Counted from the first letter of the stretch, positions 9,779 through 19,810 are shown. The stretch: DNA of 44,294 bases from Crocinitomicaceae bacterium (GCA_044370735.1 JBILUY010000001.1:1-44294), one strand, 5' to 3'. Numbers and translations: made by a program. The notes: generated by a model not told the origin, from the letters alone.

Positions 9779-10642
9779 ATGAAAAAGATACTTTATACAT
9801 TTTTAGCTATTTCAGGATTAGTATTGACTTCGTGTGAAAAAGTGATCAAAGTTGATTTGAATTCTGAAGATCCAAAATTGGTTGTAGAAGCTTCTGTCAT
9901 TGCAGATTCATCAACCCATTCTGTAAAGTTGACACAGTCGATAAATTTTGATCAAGATGTTACACCACCTGTAGTCTCAGATGCACAAATCACGATTAGT
10001 GACGTTACCGATGCAACTTCAGCAAAATATACCTTTGATGTTACATCACAAACATATAAAGTAACTAACTTTTTAGCTAAAGAAGGTCACACTTATAAGT
10101 TGACTATTCTTGTTGGTGGGAAAACATATATTTCGACCAATACTATTCCTAAACGTGTTACTTTAGATTCGTTGAAAGTGGCTGAATATCCATTTGGACC
10201 TCAAACAATTTATTCAATTGTACCTTTAAGAAATGATCCAGCTGGCATTACCAATTACTATTTATTTAGGTTGAAAAAGAACGGTAAATCTATTAATGGT
10301 ATTTACACGGAAGATGACCAAGGGTTAGATGGACAGTTGACATTAAAACCAATTTTTACACCAAATAACGATTATACACCAGATACAACTATCAATAATG
10401 TGCGTAAATTCAAATGGAAAGAAAATGGTCTTGTATCAGTATTAGATTCGATTGAAGCTGAGATTCAAATGTCATGTATCAGTGAAAAAACATATCGTTT
10501 CTTTTATTCTTTAAGTTTAAATGGTGGAGGACAACAGTCAGCAACACCTTCCAATCCTGACTCTATGTTTGAAGGTGGCGCACTGGGTTATTTTTCAGCT
10601 GAAACTAGACAAATAAAAAAGTTGACAATTAAAGGTAAATAA
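9779..10642 (+). CDS. DUF4249-like lipoprotein partner of the TonB-dependent receptor
   Basis: 287 aa with lipobox LTSC, starting 12 nt after the receptor stop. The pattern KLVVEASV...SVKLTQS resembles the lipoproteins that usually follow this receptor class in Bacteroidota. Recognised from memory, not searched. Confidence 0.6.
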   Translation: MKKILYTFLAISGLVLTSCEKVIKVDLNSEDPKLVVEASVIADSSTHSVKLTQSINFDQDVTPPVVSDAQITISDVTDATSAKYTFDVTSQTYKVTNFLAKEGHTYKLTILVGGKTYISTNTIPKRVTLDSLKVAEYPFGPQTIYSIVPLRNDPAGITNYYLFRLKKNGKSINGIYTEDDQGLDGQLTLKPIFTPNNDYTPDTTINNVRKFKWKENGLVSVLDSIEAEIQMSCISEKTYRFFYSLSLNGGGQQSATPSNPDSMFEGGALGYFSAETRQIKKLTIKGK

Positions 10643-10665
10643 AAAGATTTCTTATTTTTGCTTGT

Positions 10666-11484
10666 ATGGAAGGGTTACCAAATCATTATCAGCGAGCAAT
10701 TTCAATTGGAATAAATGCATCATTTATTTTAATGGATTATTATAGAGGTCACGTAGATTCTACAGATAAGTCCGATGGAACTCCTGTAACCATTGCAGAT
10801 AAAGCTTCATCGGACTTTATTGTTTCTCAATTAGCTGAAACAGGTTTTCCCGTGATTTGTGAGGAAATTGCAAACGAGCCATATTCGATTAGAGAAAAAT
10901 GGGTGCAAAATTGGTGCGTTGACCCTTTAGATGGTACAAAAGAGTATTTAAAAAAGAATGGTGAGTTTGCCATTAATATCGCTTTTGTAGAACAACAGAA
11001 AGCAACATTTGGAATTATAGTTTCACCAGTCAATAAAGAGGTATTATTTGGAGGCAAAGAAACGGGTGTTTTTATTGCCCAATTTGATGATTCAGGTGTA
11101 ATTATCAGCAAGCAAAAAATCGAAACCAAATCAACGAAAAATAATCCATTAGTACTTTTAGCTTCAAGAAGTTATGATACACCTGCAACTTTAAAATTTG
11201 TAGCAAACTTAGAAAAACAGTTTGGTGAAGTAGTTTATAAACAAAAAGGAAGTTCCTTGAAATTTTTTGATTTTGCAAGAGGTATTGCTGATATTTATCC
11301 ACGTTTTGCACCTACGATGGAATGGGATATTGCTGCCGGACAAGCTATTTTAGAAGCTTTAGGAGGTGAAGTTTTACATTTGGATACAGGAAAACCTTTA
11401 ATTTACAATAAAGAAGATTTAAAAAATCCTAATTTCATTGGAAAATCAGCTGCGTTAAAAGTTGAACTAATACCTAATCCTTAA
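10666..11484 (+). CDS. cysQ: inositol-monophosphatase-family phosphatase, CysQ-like 3'(2'),5'-bisphosphate nucleotidase
   Basis: 272 aa. Family motifs ICEEIANE, WCVDPLDGTKEYL and WDIAAGQAILEALGG. Confidence 0.7.
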   Translation: MEGLPNHYQRAISIGINASFILMDYYRGHVDSTDKSDGTPVTIADKASSDFIVSQLAETGFPVICEEIANEPYSIREKWVQNWCVDPLDGTKEYLKKNGEFAINIAFVEQQKATFGIIVSPVNKEVLFGGKETGVFIAQFDDSGVIISKQKIETKSTKNNPLVLLASRSYDTPATLKFVANLEKQFGEVVYKQKGSSLKFFDFARGIADIYPRFAPTMEWDIAAGQAILEALGGEVLHLDTGKPLIYNKEDLKNPNFIGKSAALKVELIPNP

Positions 11485-13067
11485 TGAAAATTTTTACTTT
11501 TTTTTTCGTAATATTTTCAGGATTTGTTTTCTCACAACAACGATTAATTCCACTAAATTCATTTTACAAAGAAAATTTTATTAGACTTACTTCATCTAAA
11601 AGTATAACAACGTTTTATCCTCAAAATGAGAATGAGTTTAACACGCAGTTTTATAATAGAGATTCTACAGCTCAATTTTTTGATTTTACTGAGTATTTAT
11701 ATAAAAATCATATCTTGTCTTATGAGACTGAAATTGGTAAAATAAATATTGATCCAATTTTAAATTTTTCTAGAGGTAAATTCAATTTTGATACATCAGC
11801 ATATAATACCTATACTGGTTTTGAGCTTTATAAAAACACTAGAGGCTTATTTATTGATGGACAGATTTACAAAAAAGTTTCTTTTCAATTTACTTTAACT
11901 GAAAATCAGGCTCGATTTCAAAATTATGAGCGAGAATACATGGAGTCACGGGGAGAACTATATATTTTTCCGGGACCAAGATATAGCATACAAAATGCAG
12001 TAGTTCCAGGTGGTTCGAGGACAAAGCCTTTTAAGGTTAAAGGGTATGATTATGCCTTTTCTTCAGGGGTGATTCGTTATGCACCTCACAAAAAATTTTC
12101 TATAGAAGCAGGAAATAACCAGCATTTTATAGGTTCTGGTTATCGTTCTTTATTACTTTCTGACAACAGTTTTTATGCACCAAATGTGCGATTGAATTGG
12201 AAAATACATCCTAAACTTGAGTACCAAGTGTTGTATCAAAAAAATACTAATTTATATCGCAAACCTTTAACAAAAGCAGTTGAAGCAAATTATGAAACCA
12301 AATTTTTTGCCTTAACTTATTTGACTTTTAAACCAACAGAATCACTTTCAATTAGTTTGTTCTCTGCAGGAAATCAATTGTTAGGTGATTCAATGGTGAA
12401 ACATCCTTTCATTACCGATCAATTAATTCCTTTGCCTTTTTTCCAAAATGATTTTACTTTGGGTAGATCTTCAGTTGTAAATGGAATAGGTGGATTGAAC
12501 TTAGATGTAGCCTTAAAATCAACGCGGATTTATGCTCAACTAGCCGCAGATAAAGTGAATAATGTGTTTTTAGTTGCGAATCAACTTGGGTTTTATTGGT
12601 TTGACGCATTTAAAATCAAAAATGCAATGATTCAATTGGAGTGGAACCAAGTACCTAAAAATTTCTATTCAGCAACTAATCCAAAATTAGCTTACAGTCA
12701 ATTTAATTTGCCTGCTGCACATCCGAAAGGAAATAATTTTAATGAATTGTTTTTGAAATTGTTTTATGAAAAAGAAAGAGTTTACATTCAAGCAACAACG
12801 AGTGTTTATTTGACTCAAGGAGGAACTTTTACTGAACAAATCAATGCGACATCTATCTTTAATGGGTTGAAAGTAGGTAATTTGGAATATGGTAACACCA
12901 TCACCGGAGATTATGAATTAGGTTGGCGCTTTAACCGTTTGTACAATGGAAGTATTTTTGTGAAATACCAAGGTCGTGTGAGTGTGTATGACAAATTTCA
13001 TCAAACCACCAATTGTATTTGGTTTGGTTTAAAAACATCTTTGACTAACGAATATTTTGACTTTTGA
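11484..13067 (+). CDS. predicted outer-membrane beta-barrel protein (tentatively Wzi/RemB-like)
   Basis: 527 aa. Signal peptide MKIFTFFFVIFSGFVFSQ and aromatic C-terminus NEYFDF. Shares AHPxGxNFxEL and RSxxxSxN motifs with the next ORF. The family name is tentative. Confidence 0.55.
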   Translation: MKIFTFFFVIFSGFVFSQQRLIPLNSFYKENFIRLTSSKSITTFYPQNENEFNTQFYNRDSTAQFFDFTEYLYKNHILSYETEIGKINIDPILNFSRGKFNFDTSAYNTYTGFELYKNTRGLFIDGQIYKKVSFQFTLTENQARFQNYEREYMESRGELYIFPGPRYSIQNAVVPGGSRTKPFKVKGYDYAFSSGVIRYAPHKKFSIEAGNNQHFIGSGYRSLLLSDNSFYAPNVRLNWKIHPKLEYQVLYQKNTNLYRKPLTKAVEANYETKFFALTYLTFKPTESLSISLFSAGNQLLGDSMVKHPFITDQLIPLPFFQNDFTLGRSSVVNGIGGLNLDVALKSTRIYAQLAADKVNNVFLVANQLGFYWFDAFKIKNAMIQLEWNQVPKNFYSATNPKLAYSQFNLPAAHPKGNNFNELFLKLFYEKERVYIQATTSVYLTQGGTFTEQINATSIFNGLKVGNLEYGNTITGDYELGWRFNRLYNGSIFVKYQGRVSVYDKFHQTTNCIWFGLKTSLTNEYFDF

Positions 13068-14566
13068 GAATTTCTGTAATCATAGCACTTTTTATTTCTT
13101 TGGTTTCTTTGGGACATCCAGGAGATACCATTGTGACCAATAAAAATGAAAAGTTAACGAATATTTTACCAGATAAAAAAAGAGATTCTTTAAGGAAGTT
13201 TTTAAAATTTGCACCTGATCTTGTATTTTCTACTACTTCCAAAAAGCCATTTTATCAAACAGGATTGAGTGGTTTAATTGGTTTCCAAAAAATTGAAAAA
13301 TCGAGTGCAGCGTGGGGAACTTACGCCTATCTTAGATCTGGATTAACGACTCAAGGTAGCATTCCTTATTTTTCTGACCCTCAAACAAAATCTTTTGTAC
13401 TAACACCGGTTAAAGATTCTATTTATGGACAGCCTACTAGTTTGTATTTTGATATTATTGGTTCGTTTTGGTATTCATATAAAAATTTTAACATCGAATC
13501 TGGAGTAGAACAAATGAAATATCCAATGTATAATTTTAGTTCTAGAAGTATTTTTAACTCTTACAATCGAATTGCTAATCCGTATGTGATGATTGATTTA
13601 AAGTTTAGTGAATCTTTAAATTACAGTTTACGACAAGATATTCTTCGAGAAAAAATCGGAAATCATTTTGAACCGAAAGGTAATGTTACTCACACATTGA
13701 CTTATAATCATAAAGGTAAATTCAAACTCAGATTATTTGAAACGGTGGTTTATCAAATGAAAGATACCTTGTATAACCGTGGTTTTGAAGTAGAATATTT
13801 AAATCCCTTTTTGTTTTTCCGTCCCCAAGAATATAATATGGGTTCGGCGGATAACATCTTATTGGGTTCTGAATTTTCTTATTCTTTTAAAGAAAAGGAA
13901 ACCCAAAAAAGAAGCATATTTTCAACAATTTATGGTCAAGTATTGATTGATGATTTTTTGCTTTCTGCATTTCGTGCACGAAATGGTTGGTGGGGAAATA
14001 AGTATGGATTTAACATAGGATCTCGATTTTTCATCTGTCCAAAAGATTCATCTGGAAATACAAAATCTTATAATCATTATACTTTCGAATTTACTTATAT
14101 GCGCCCCTATGTTTTTTCTCAAACAAATCCAGGGATTGTTTATGGAAATCAAGGGTTGCCAATTGCCCATCCGTTGGGATCTAATTTTGCAGAATTGTAT
14201 CAAGAATATAAATGGCAAAAAGTGGATAAGAATTTTAATATTCATGCATTTTTACAAGCCTACATCAAAGGAGTGGATTCAGTTGGATTGAAAAATAGTT
14301 CTTATGGAGGAGATATATACCAATCATATAGTAAACATCCATATGAGTTTAAAAACAAAGTAGGCCAAGGGATTACATTAAGAACTGTACAATTGGGTAC
14401 TACTTTAAGTTATATTTTTAGTGATAAATATTTTAGAGACTTATGTTTCTATATTGAACCCCGTTACCGTTTGATGTTTTTTGAAAATCACCGTCAAGAG
14501 GATTTCTTTTTGACGATTGGAATACAATCTGGAATTTGGAGAAATCAAGACCGATTAAATTATTAA
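13064..14566 (+). CDS. predicted outer-membrane protein, distant paralogue of the preceding gene
   Basis: 500 aa. The start is TTG at 13064, giving a signal-peptide-like RISVIIALFISLVSLG and overlapping the upstream stop as TTGA. Shares LPIAHPLGSNFAELY with LPAAHPKGNNFNELF in the upstream protein. Confidence 0.5.
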   Translation: MRISVIIALFISLVSLGHPGDTIVTNKNEKLTNILPDKKRDSLRKFLKFAPDLVFSTTSKKPFYQTGLSGLIGFQKIEKSSAAWGTYAYLRSGLTTQGSIPYFSDPQTKSFVLTPVKDSIYGQPTSLYFDIIGSFWYSYKNFNIESGVEQMKYPMYNFSSRSIFNSYNRIANPYVMIDLKFSESLNYSLRQDILREKIGNHFEPKGNVTHTLTYNHKGKFKLRLFETVVYQMKDTLYNRGFEVEYLNPFLFFRPQEYNMGSADNILLGSEFSYSFKEKETQKRSIFSTIYGQVLIDDFLLSAFRARNGWWGNKYGFNIGSRFFICPKDSSGNTKSYNHYTFEFTYMRPYVFSQTNPGIVYGNQGLPIAHPLGSNFAELYQEYKWQKVDKNFNIHAFLQAYIKGVDSVGLKNSSYGGDIYQSYSKHPYEFKNKVGQGITLRTVQLGTTLSYIFSDKYFRDLCFYIEPRYRLMFFENHRQEDFFLTIGIQSGIWRNQDRLNY

Positions 14567-14650
14567 TTTATTCTTCTAATTTTCTACTAATTATTTGTCA
14601 TTTCAATCAAATACGTATATTTGTTAAAGCATCGAAATATTGCTTTGTTT

Positions 14651-15634
14651 ATGGATAAGTTGATTGCCGCGTTTCCGCATAATATTACTGAATCTTTGGA
14701 GATTGCTTCCAAGTATCAATTTAAAAAACCTGCTCACGAGATTCACAATGTGGTGATATGTGGTATGGGGGGCTCTGGAATTGGAGGAAAGATTGTTTCT
14801 CAATGGATTCAAGATGAAGTAAAAACTCCTATTACTTTAGTACAAGATTATACTCTTCCAGCGTTTGTGAATCTACATACGTTGGTGATTGGATGTTCTT
14901 ATTCTGGAAACACAGAAGAAACACTTTATTCATTAGAAGCGGCTAAACAAGTAGGTGCTCATATTGTTGGGTTATGTTCTGGAGGTAAACTTCAATCTTT
15001 TTGTGAGTCAAATGGATATGAGGTTATTTTAGTTCCAAGAGGAAAACCACCAAGAACAACTTTAGCATTTTCTTTAGGTCAGTTGTTAAATATTTTTTCT
15101 CAACTTGGTTTAATATCACATGATAACTTGGAAAAGTACAGAAGTTGTGCGTCATTTTTAATTGATAATCAAGAAGAATTTAAAAACGAAGCGCGATGTT
15201 TAGCTTCTTTTATTAAAGGGAAAAACTTATTAATGTACTCTGCTTCTAATTATGAAGCGGTAGCTATTAGAGCAAGACAACAATTCAACGAGAATTCTAA
15301 AATATTATGCATTCACCATGTTATTCCTGAGATGAATCATAACGAATTAGTTGGTTGGGGATTAGGAAATGATAGCTACGGTGTATTGTTTTTCGATTCT
15401 AAAGATTGGTTTGACCGTAACCGAGTTAGAATGGAATTTTCGAGAGAGCATATTTCAAAGAAAAACGCTCATATATACACACTAGAAGCTAAAGGGGAGA
15501 ATATTCTTGAAAGATCGTTGCATTTCATTAATGTAGTGGATTGGGCATCTTTTTACTTGGCTGAATTAAATGATGTAGACCCGATTGAAATTGATGTGAT
15601 TAATGAATTAAAAGGGAAATTAGATAAGTATTAA
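14651..15634 (+). CDS. bifunctional phosphoglucose/phosphomannose isomerase (SIS domain)
   Basis: Starts at ATG 14651 (the track ORF begins at TTG 14621). SIS motifs VVICGMGGSGIGGKIV and CSYSGNTEET. Size and C-terminal region fit the PGI/PMI family. Confidence 0.75.
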   Translation: MDKLIAAFPHNITESLEIASKYQFKKPAHEIHNVVICGMGGSGIGGKIVSQWIQDEVKTPITLVQDYTLPAFVNLHTLVIGCSYSGNTEETLYSLEAAKQVGAHIVGLCSGGKLQSFCESNGYEVILVPRGKPPRTTLAFSLGQLLNIFSQLGLISHDNLEKYRSCASFLIDNQEEFKNEARCLASFIKGKNLLMYSASNYEAVAIRARQQFNENSKILCIHHVIPEMNHNELVGWGLGNDSYGVLFFDSKDWFDRNRVRMEFSREHISKKNAHIYTLEAKGENILERSLHFINVVDWASFYLAELNDVDPIEIDVINELKGKLDKY

Positions 15635-15653
15635 TTACAATAATTTGATAATC

Positions 15654-15684
15654 AAAGGGAGAAAATTATTTCTCCCTTTTTTTT
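15654..15684 (+). terminator. rho-independent terminator after the isomerase gene
   Basis: AAAGGGAGAAA (15654..15664), loop ATTA, TTTCTCCCTTT (15669..15679), then a T-run. Lies 20 nt after the stop. Confidence 0.7.
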
Positions 15685-15725
15685 GTTACAAATTTTTATT
15701 ATTTTCATACAAAAACTTAAAAAAG

Positions 15726-16277
15726 ATGTCTTTACCTATTTTAAATGTTTTAGAAAATTTAGGAGTGCCGAGTGTTGCCTCTGAAGTTCTAATATTAAAT
15801 GAACCATTTGATTGGACTAATACAAATGATATAATTGTACAAATAGAAGAGCGTTTAGCGGTTATAAATTTGGAAGTTTCTACAAAGAAAAAGGTGTTGA
15901 AAGTGGTTACTGAAGCTTTGGATAATGTTTGCAAACATGCTTCAAAATTTCCGACACAGCAAGTTTCAAGTTTTATTTGTCATTTAGGCGAAAACGATAG
16001 TTTATATATTTCAACTCGAAATTTGGTGCCAAATGCTCATGTTGGTTCGTTAATTTCAACAATACAAGAGTTGAATCAAGCAAACCAAGATGAATTAAAT
16101 CAATTGTATAAAGATCAATTAAAACACGGTAAATTATCTTCAGAGGGTGATGCAGGGCTAGGTCTAATTGAAATAGCAAGAAAATCAAATGATGCGATAA
16201 AATTCACTGTTGAGTTTTTTGATATTTTAACTTCAAATTTTACTTTTTTAATAACAATTGATTTAAAGAAATTTTAG
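15726..16277 (+). CDS. SiaB-like GHKL/anti-sigma-type protein kinase
   Basis: About 183 aa from ATG 15726; the longer track ORF would overlap the terminator. N-box-like EALDNVCKHA and ATP-lid-like EGDAGLGLIEIARKS. Sits 1 nt upstream of a DUF1987 gene, the arrangement of SiaB-SiaC pairs. Confidence 0.6.
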   Translation: MSLPILNVLENLGVPSVASEVLILNEPFDWTNTNDIIVQIEERLAVINLEVSTKKKVLKVVTEALDNVCKHASKFPTQQVSSFICHLGENDSLYISTRNLVPNAHVGSLISTIQELNQANQDELNQLYKDQLKHGKLSSEGDAGLGLIEIARKSNDAIKFTVEFFDILTSNFTFLITIDLKKF

Positions 16278-16278
16278 T

Positions 16279-16650
16279 ATGGAGAAATATTATGTTGAGG
16301 CTACCAAAATGACACCAGAAGTAGTATTAGATCCTATTCAAAGTATTTTTTCTATTTCTGGAAATTCACGTCCTGAGAATCCAATGCAATTTTACAGGCC
16401 AGTATTTGATTGGATTTCGGAGTATTTAACAAACACAGAAACAAAGTTTGTATTTAAAGTACAAATGGATTACTTCAATACTTCAACAAGTAAAGTGTTT
16501 TTAGATTTATTTGAACTTTTCGAAAAATTCAAAGATGATAAAGATATTCATGTTGTTTGGTTGTATCAATCCGATGACGAAGAAATGCAAGAAGCAGGGG
16601 AGGAATTACTTGATTTAGTGGATTTATCACATGAAGTAAAAGAGATCTAA
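16279..16650 (+). CDS. DUF1987 / SiaC-like regulatory phosphoprotein
   Basis: 123 aa. Pattern TPEVVLDP...ISGNSRPENP...YRPVFDWI...MDYFNTSTSK...VVWLYQSDDEEM is typical of DUF1987. Confidence 0.7.
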   Translation: MEKYYVEATKMTPEVVLDPIQSIFSISGNSRPENPMQFYRPVFDWISEYLTNTETKFVFKVQMDYFNTSTSKVFLDLFELFEKFKDDKDIHVVWLYQSDDEEMQEAGEELLDLVDLSHEVKEI

Positions 16651-16670
16651 AATTAATTGGAATAGATAGT

Positions 16671-16693
16671 AATGGGGGCTAAATGCCCCCATT
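16671..16693. terminator. bidirectional stem-loop between convergent genes
   Basis: AATGGGGGC (16671..16679), loop TAAAT, GCCCCCATT (16685..16693). A T-run follows on the plus strand. Confidence 0.7.
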
Positions 16694-16699
16694 CTTTTT

Positions 16700-19600
16700 T
16701 TAAATCTCTACGCAAATTAAAACAACATCATCCATCTGTTCGTAGTTACCTTTCCAGTTTTCATAGGTATCATTAAAGAATACTTTTTGATCAGATGTTT
16801 TCAAATTACCGACCTCTAAAATTGCTTTTTTAAGATTGGCAATTTTAAATCTATTCTCTTCCTCGTTCATTTGATCTGCATATCCATCACTGAAAGTATA
16901 GATTTTATCTCCAGTTTGAAGTTGTATCGTATTTTTACTAAATGGGGTCATTTTTTTGTAAATTCCTATAGGTTGTTTGTCACCCTTTGTTTCAATTAAT
17001 TCATTATCTCTTAATATATACATTGGGTTATTTGCTCCTGAGAAAGAAATTTCATTAGTATTTAAATCCCAGCAACAAAGAGCTATATCCATTCCGTTTC
17101 TCATTTTTTCATCAGAATCCAAATCAATATTTTTATTGAGTGTTTTAATTACAGAATCTCTTAAAGCGTCTAGAATTAAGTTTGTTTCTTCGATTTCTTT
17201 TTCAATTATGATTTCATTTAATAATGAGATTCCTATCATAGTCATAAATGCTCCAGGTACGCCGTGACCTGTACAATCGGCAGCAGCCCAGAAAATTTTA
17301 TTTGATTTTGTTTTATAGGCCCAATAAAAATCACCACTGACAATATCTTTTGGTTTGAAAAGAATAAATAAATCAGTAAATAATGTATTGAAGTATTCAT
17401 TTGAAGTGATAATCGCCTCTTGAATCGTTTTGGCGTATTCAATACTTTCAGTAATCATTTCATTTTTTTCTTGAATTTCATCTCTTTGTTTTACGACTTC
17501 AGCAGTTCGTTCAGCTACAATTTTTTCCAATTTGATATTGGCTTCACGTAGTCGTTTAGTGTAAATTCTAACAGTAACGTAGATAATCAAAATGAAAAGT
17601 GCTGTGTATATGATATAAGCTAAAATTGAACGATACCAAGGCGGTCTGATTTTAAACGTAAAGTGGCCAACTTCTGAAATTTCTCCATATACATTCATTG
17701 CTCTAGCTTTGAAAGTATATTTTCCCTCAAATAAGTTTGTGTAATTTTTGTAATTATCCGTAGACCATTCAGACCATTCCTCATCAAATCCTTCCAATTT
17801 ATATTGAAATAGTGTTTTTTCTTCTTCTAAAAAATAAGGACTTGAAAAGAAAAAACTAACTTCATTAAAGTCATAATTAACTTTTGAAATTTTATGGTGT
17901 TTTTGTGTATTACCTCCATATAGTAAGGAATCTTTACCAATAATGACTTGTCTAATAAGGGTTCTAAATTTATATTTTTCTTGTTTATGTTCTGCAGGTT
18001 CGTATTTATATAGACCATCTGGTGTACCTAACCAGATATTGTTTTGATCTCCAAAGAATGAATAAATATGAAACTTAGGAAGTTTTTTTAAGTCAGTGGT
18101 ATCTCTATGTTTATTTTTTAATGAAATTTTTGAAACACGTGCTGTATTATCTCCATATGTGGAAGTATAGATATGATTCTTTCCATCATATTTTAATCGA
18201 AATATTCCTAATTCATCATTACACAGAAATGGATGGATTTGGCAAGATTTTTTTAATTTTTTTGATTGGTAATCATATTGGTATAATGCATTTTTTGTAC
18301 CAATAAACACATTGTCTTTTATGGTAAATATTTGATTATATCCAAGATTTTTCAAGCCATGTTTTTGATCAATAAAGTAAATGTGTCTTCCATCGATATA
18401 ACCGATACCTGTATTATCTGTAGCAAACCAAATGTATTTATTTTGATCAATTCCAATACTCCTTACAGCACTTTGAGTAGAAGTAAGTTTTATTGGTTGT
18501 TTCGTTTTTAAGTTATATAGGTAGACTCCATTGTCACATCCCAATAGAATTTCAAGATCGTTTTTCTTTTCGATATAGAATAAGTTACAAAGATAAATTG
18601 GTTCTGCTGATTTGGTTAGTTCGTTTATTTGATATAATCCTTTTGAGTTCGCAATAAATAGTTTCGAACCAACTTCACAAAATTTCCAAGTTTCAGCATG
18701 TAACCCAGAAATTGGTAGAAATTTGCCATTTTCTAAATACTTCACATTTGTGCTTGAAGCAATAAACAGTTTATTCTTGTATTTAATAACATCTTCAACC
18801 GTATTTTCAATACCTTCATTTAAGCCCCAATTTTTAATTCCTGTATTAATTTCTAATCTCGATACTCCTTTATCTGTACAAAGCCAAATATTTCCTAAAT
18901 GATCGTTAACGATTTTATTAATCGCATTATTTATTAATCCATTGTTTGTTGTAACTTCGTTTATTAAATTCCCTTGGATATCAAATAATTGAAGTCCTTT
19001 ATAGATGGTTCCAACAGCAATTTTATTGTTGATGGTTTTTTCTAAACTGTAAACATAGGCATCTCTAAGGAACGTTTTGTATTGAAGAAATTTTGAACTT
19101 TTTCGATCTATTTCCCCTGTTTTTTTATTGTAAAGGGTAATCCCTTCTTTCCCATTTAGAAATATAATTTCCTCATTATTCAATCCGACCGCTCCTGCGA
19201 TTGGTGCGTCAATGAAATAGGTGTTATTCTTCGCTTTGTGTAATCCCTTTTTGTTTATTACATATAAACCATCTTTTTTGTTATTGAAATATATTTCATC
19301 ACCTACTTTGTTTAAGGTGAAGAATATAGGAATATTTACAAAATTGATTTTGGTTCCATCGTAATCAAAATATCCTTCATCAGTAGAGAAATAAACGTGG
19401 TTATTTAAATATACTGATGTCCATACGTTTTGAAAATTTTGTTGTTTTTTTGGAACTTTATTTTTAAGTGAAATATATTTAATAACTCCTTGTTTATCTG
19501 CTTCTAAATAACCTATTTCTCCAACACCACCTACATATATTTTTCCTTTTTCATCTTTGCAAAAAGATAAAGGAGGTGCATCATTTTTTAGATGTAGAGA

Positions 19601-19810
19601 GGTCCAATTTCGACCATCATAAATTGATATTTTATTTCCTGAAGCAAAATACAAAACCCCATTAATGTCTTCAATACCGGTCCAAGTTTGAGCATTTAAT
19701 CCTGAAATTTTTGGATCAAAATTTTTAAGAAAATAATTCCCTTTTTCTTGATTATAAGAAAAATTACCTATAAAAAGTACTAATATAGAGAAAAGAATAA
19801 ACTTAGGCAT
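16700..19810 (-). CDS. SiaA-like sensor phosphatase: beta-propeller + Y_Y_Y sensor, TM helix, PP2C/SpoIIE domain
   Basis: 1036 aa. Long N-terminal two-component-regulator-propeller-like region, Y_Y_Y domain (FQYKLEGFDEEWSEW...GKYTFKARAMN), TM helix (ILAYIIYTALFILIIYVTV), coiled coil, and C-terminal SpoIIE/PP2C motifs (SGDFYWAY, AADCTGHGVPGAFMTMIG, FSDGYADQ). Confidence 0.8.
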   Translation of the reverse strand: MPKFILFSILVLFIGNFSYNQEKGNYFLKNFDPKISGLNAQTWTGIEDINGVLYFASGNKISIYDGRNWTSLHLKNDAPPLSFCKDEKGKIYVGGVGEIGYLEADKQGVIKYISLKNKVPKKQQNFQNVWTSVYLNNHVYFSTDEGYFDYDGTKINFVNIPIFFTLNKVGDEIYFNNKKDGLYVINKKGLHKAKNNTYFIDAPIAGAVGLNNEEIIFLNGKEGITLYNKKTGEIDRKSSKFLQYKTFLRDAYVYSLEKTINNKIAVGTIYKGLQLFDIQGNLINEVTTNNGLINNAINKIVNDHLGNIWLCTDKGVSRLEINTGIKNWGLNEGIENTVEDVIKYKNKLFIASSTNVKYLENGKFLPISGLHAETWKFCEVGSKLFIANSKGLYQINELTKSAEPIYLCNLFYIEKKNDLEILLGCDNGVYLYNLKTKQPIKLTSTQSAVRSIGIDQNKYIWFATDNTGIGYIDGRHIYFIDQKHGLKNLGYNQIFTIKDNVFIGTKNALYQYDYQSKKLKKSCQIHPFLCNDELGIFRLKYDGKNHIYTSTYGDNTARVSKISLKNKHRDTTDLKKLPKFHIYSFFGDQNNIWLGTPDGLYKYEPAEHKQEKYKFRTLIRQVIIGKDSLLYGGNTQKHHKISKVNYDFNEVSFFFSSPYFLEEEKTLFQYKLEGFDEEWSEWSTDNYKNYTNLFEGKYTFKARAMNVYGEISEVGHFTFKIRPPWYRSILAYIIYTALFILIIYVTVRIYTKRLREANIKLEKIVAERTAEVVKQRDEIQEKNEMITESIEYAKTIQEAIITSNEYFNTLFTDLFILFKPKDIVSGDFYWAYKTKSNKIFWAAADCTGHGVPGAFMTMIGISLLNEIIIEKEIEETNLILDALRDSVIKTLNKNIDLDSDEKMRNGMDIALCCWDLNTNEISFSGANNPMYILRDNELIETKGDKQPIGIYKKMTPFSKNTIQLQTGDKIYTFSDGYADQMNEEENRFKIANLKKAILEVGNLKTSDQKVFFNDTYENWKGNYEQMDDVVLICVEI

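Noticed and set aside
11498-11506. A T9 homopolymer in the signal-peptide codons of the OM protein gene (similar T8 run near 7487 in the receptor gene), considered as a phase-variation tract.
   Set aside because: Runs of this length encoding Phe-rich signal peptides are common in AT-rich genomes. Nothing can be claimed without population data.
15645-15725. N-terminal extensions of track ORFs, here and at 5641..5697, 14621..14650, 29473..29490, 38596..38670, 39930..39956, 42946..43008 and 1321..1356.
   Set aside because: The extensions use GTG or TTG starts, overlap terminator stems, or precede an internal ATG that gives a proper signal peptide, lipobox or conserved N-terminus. The shorter starts are preferred.
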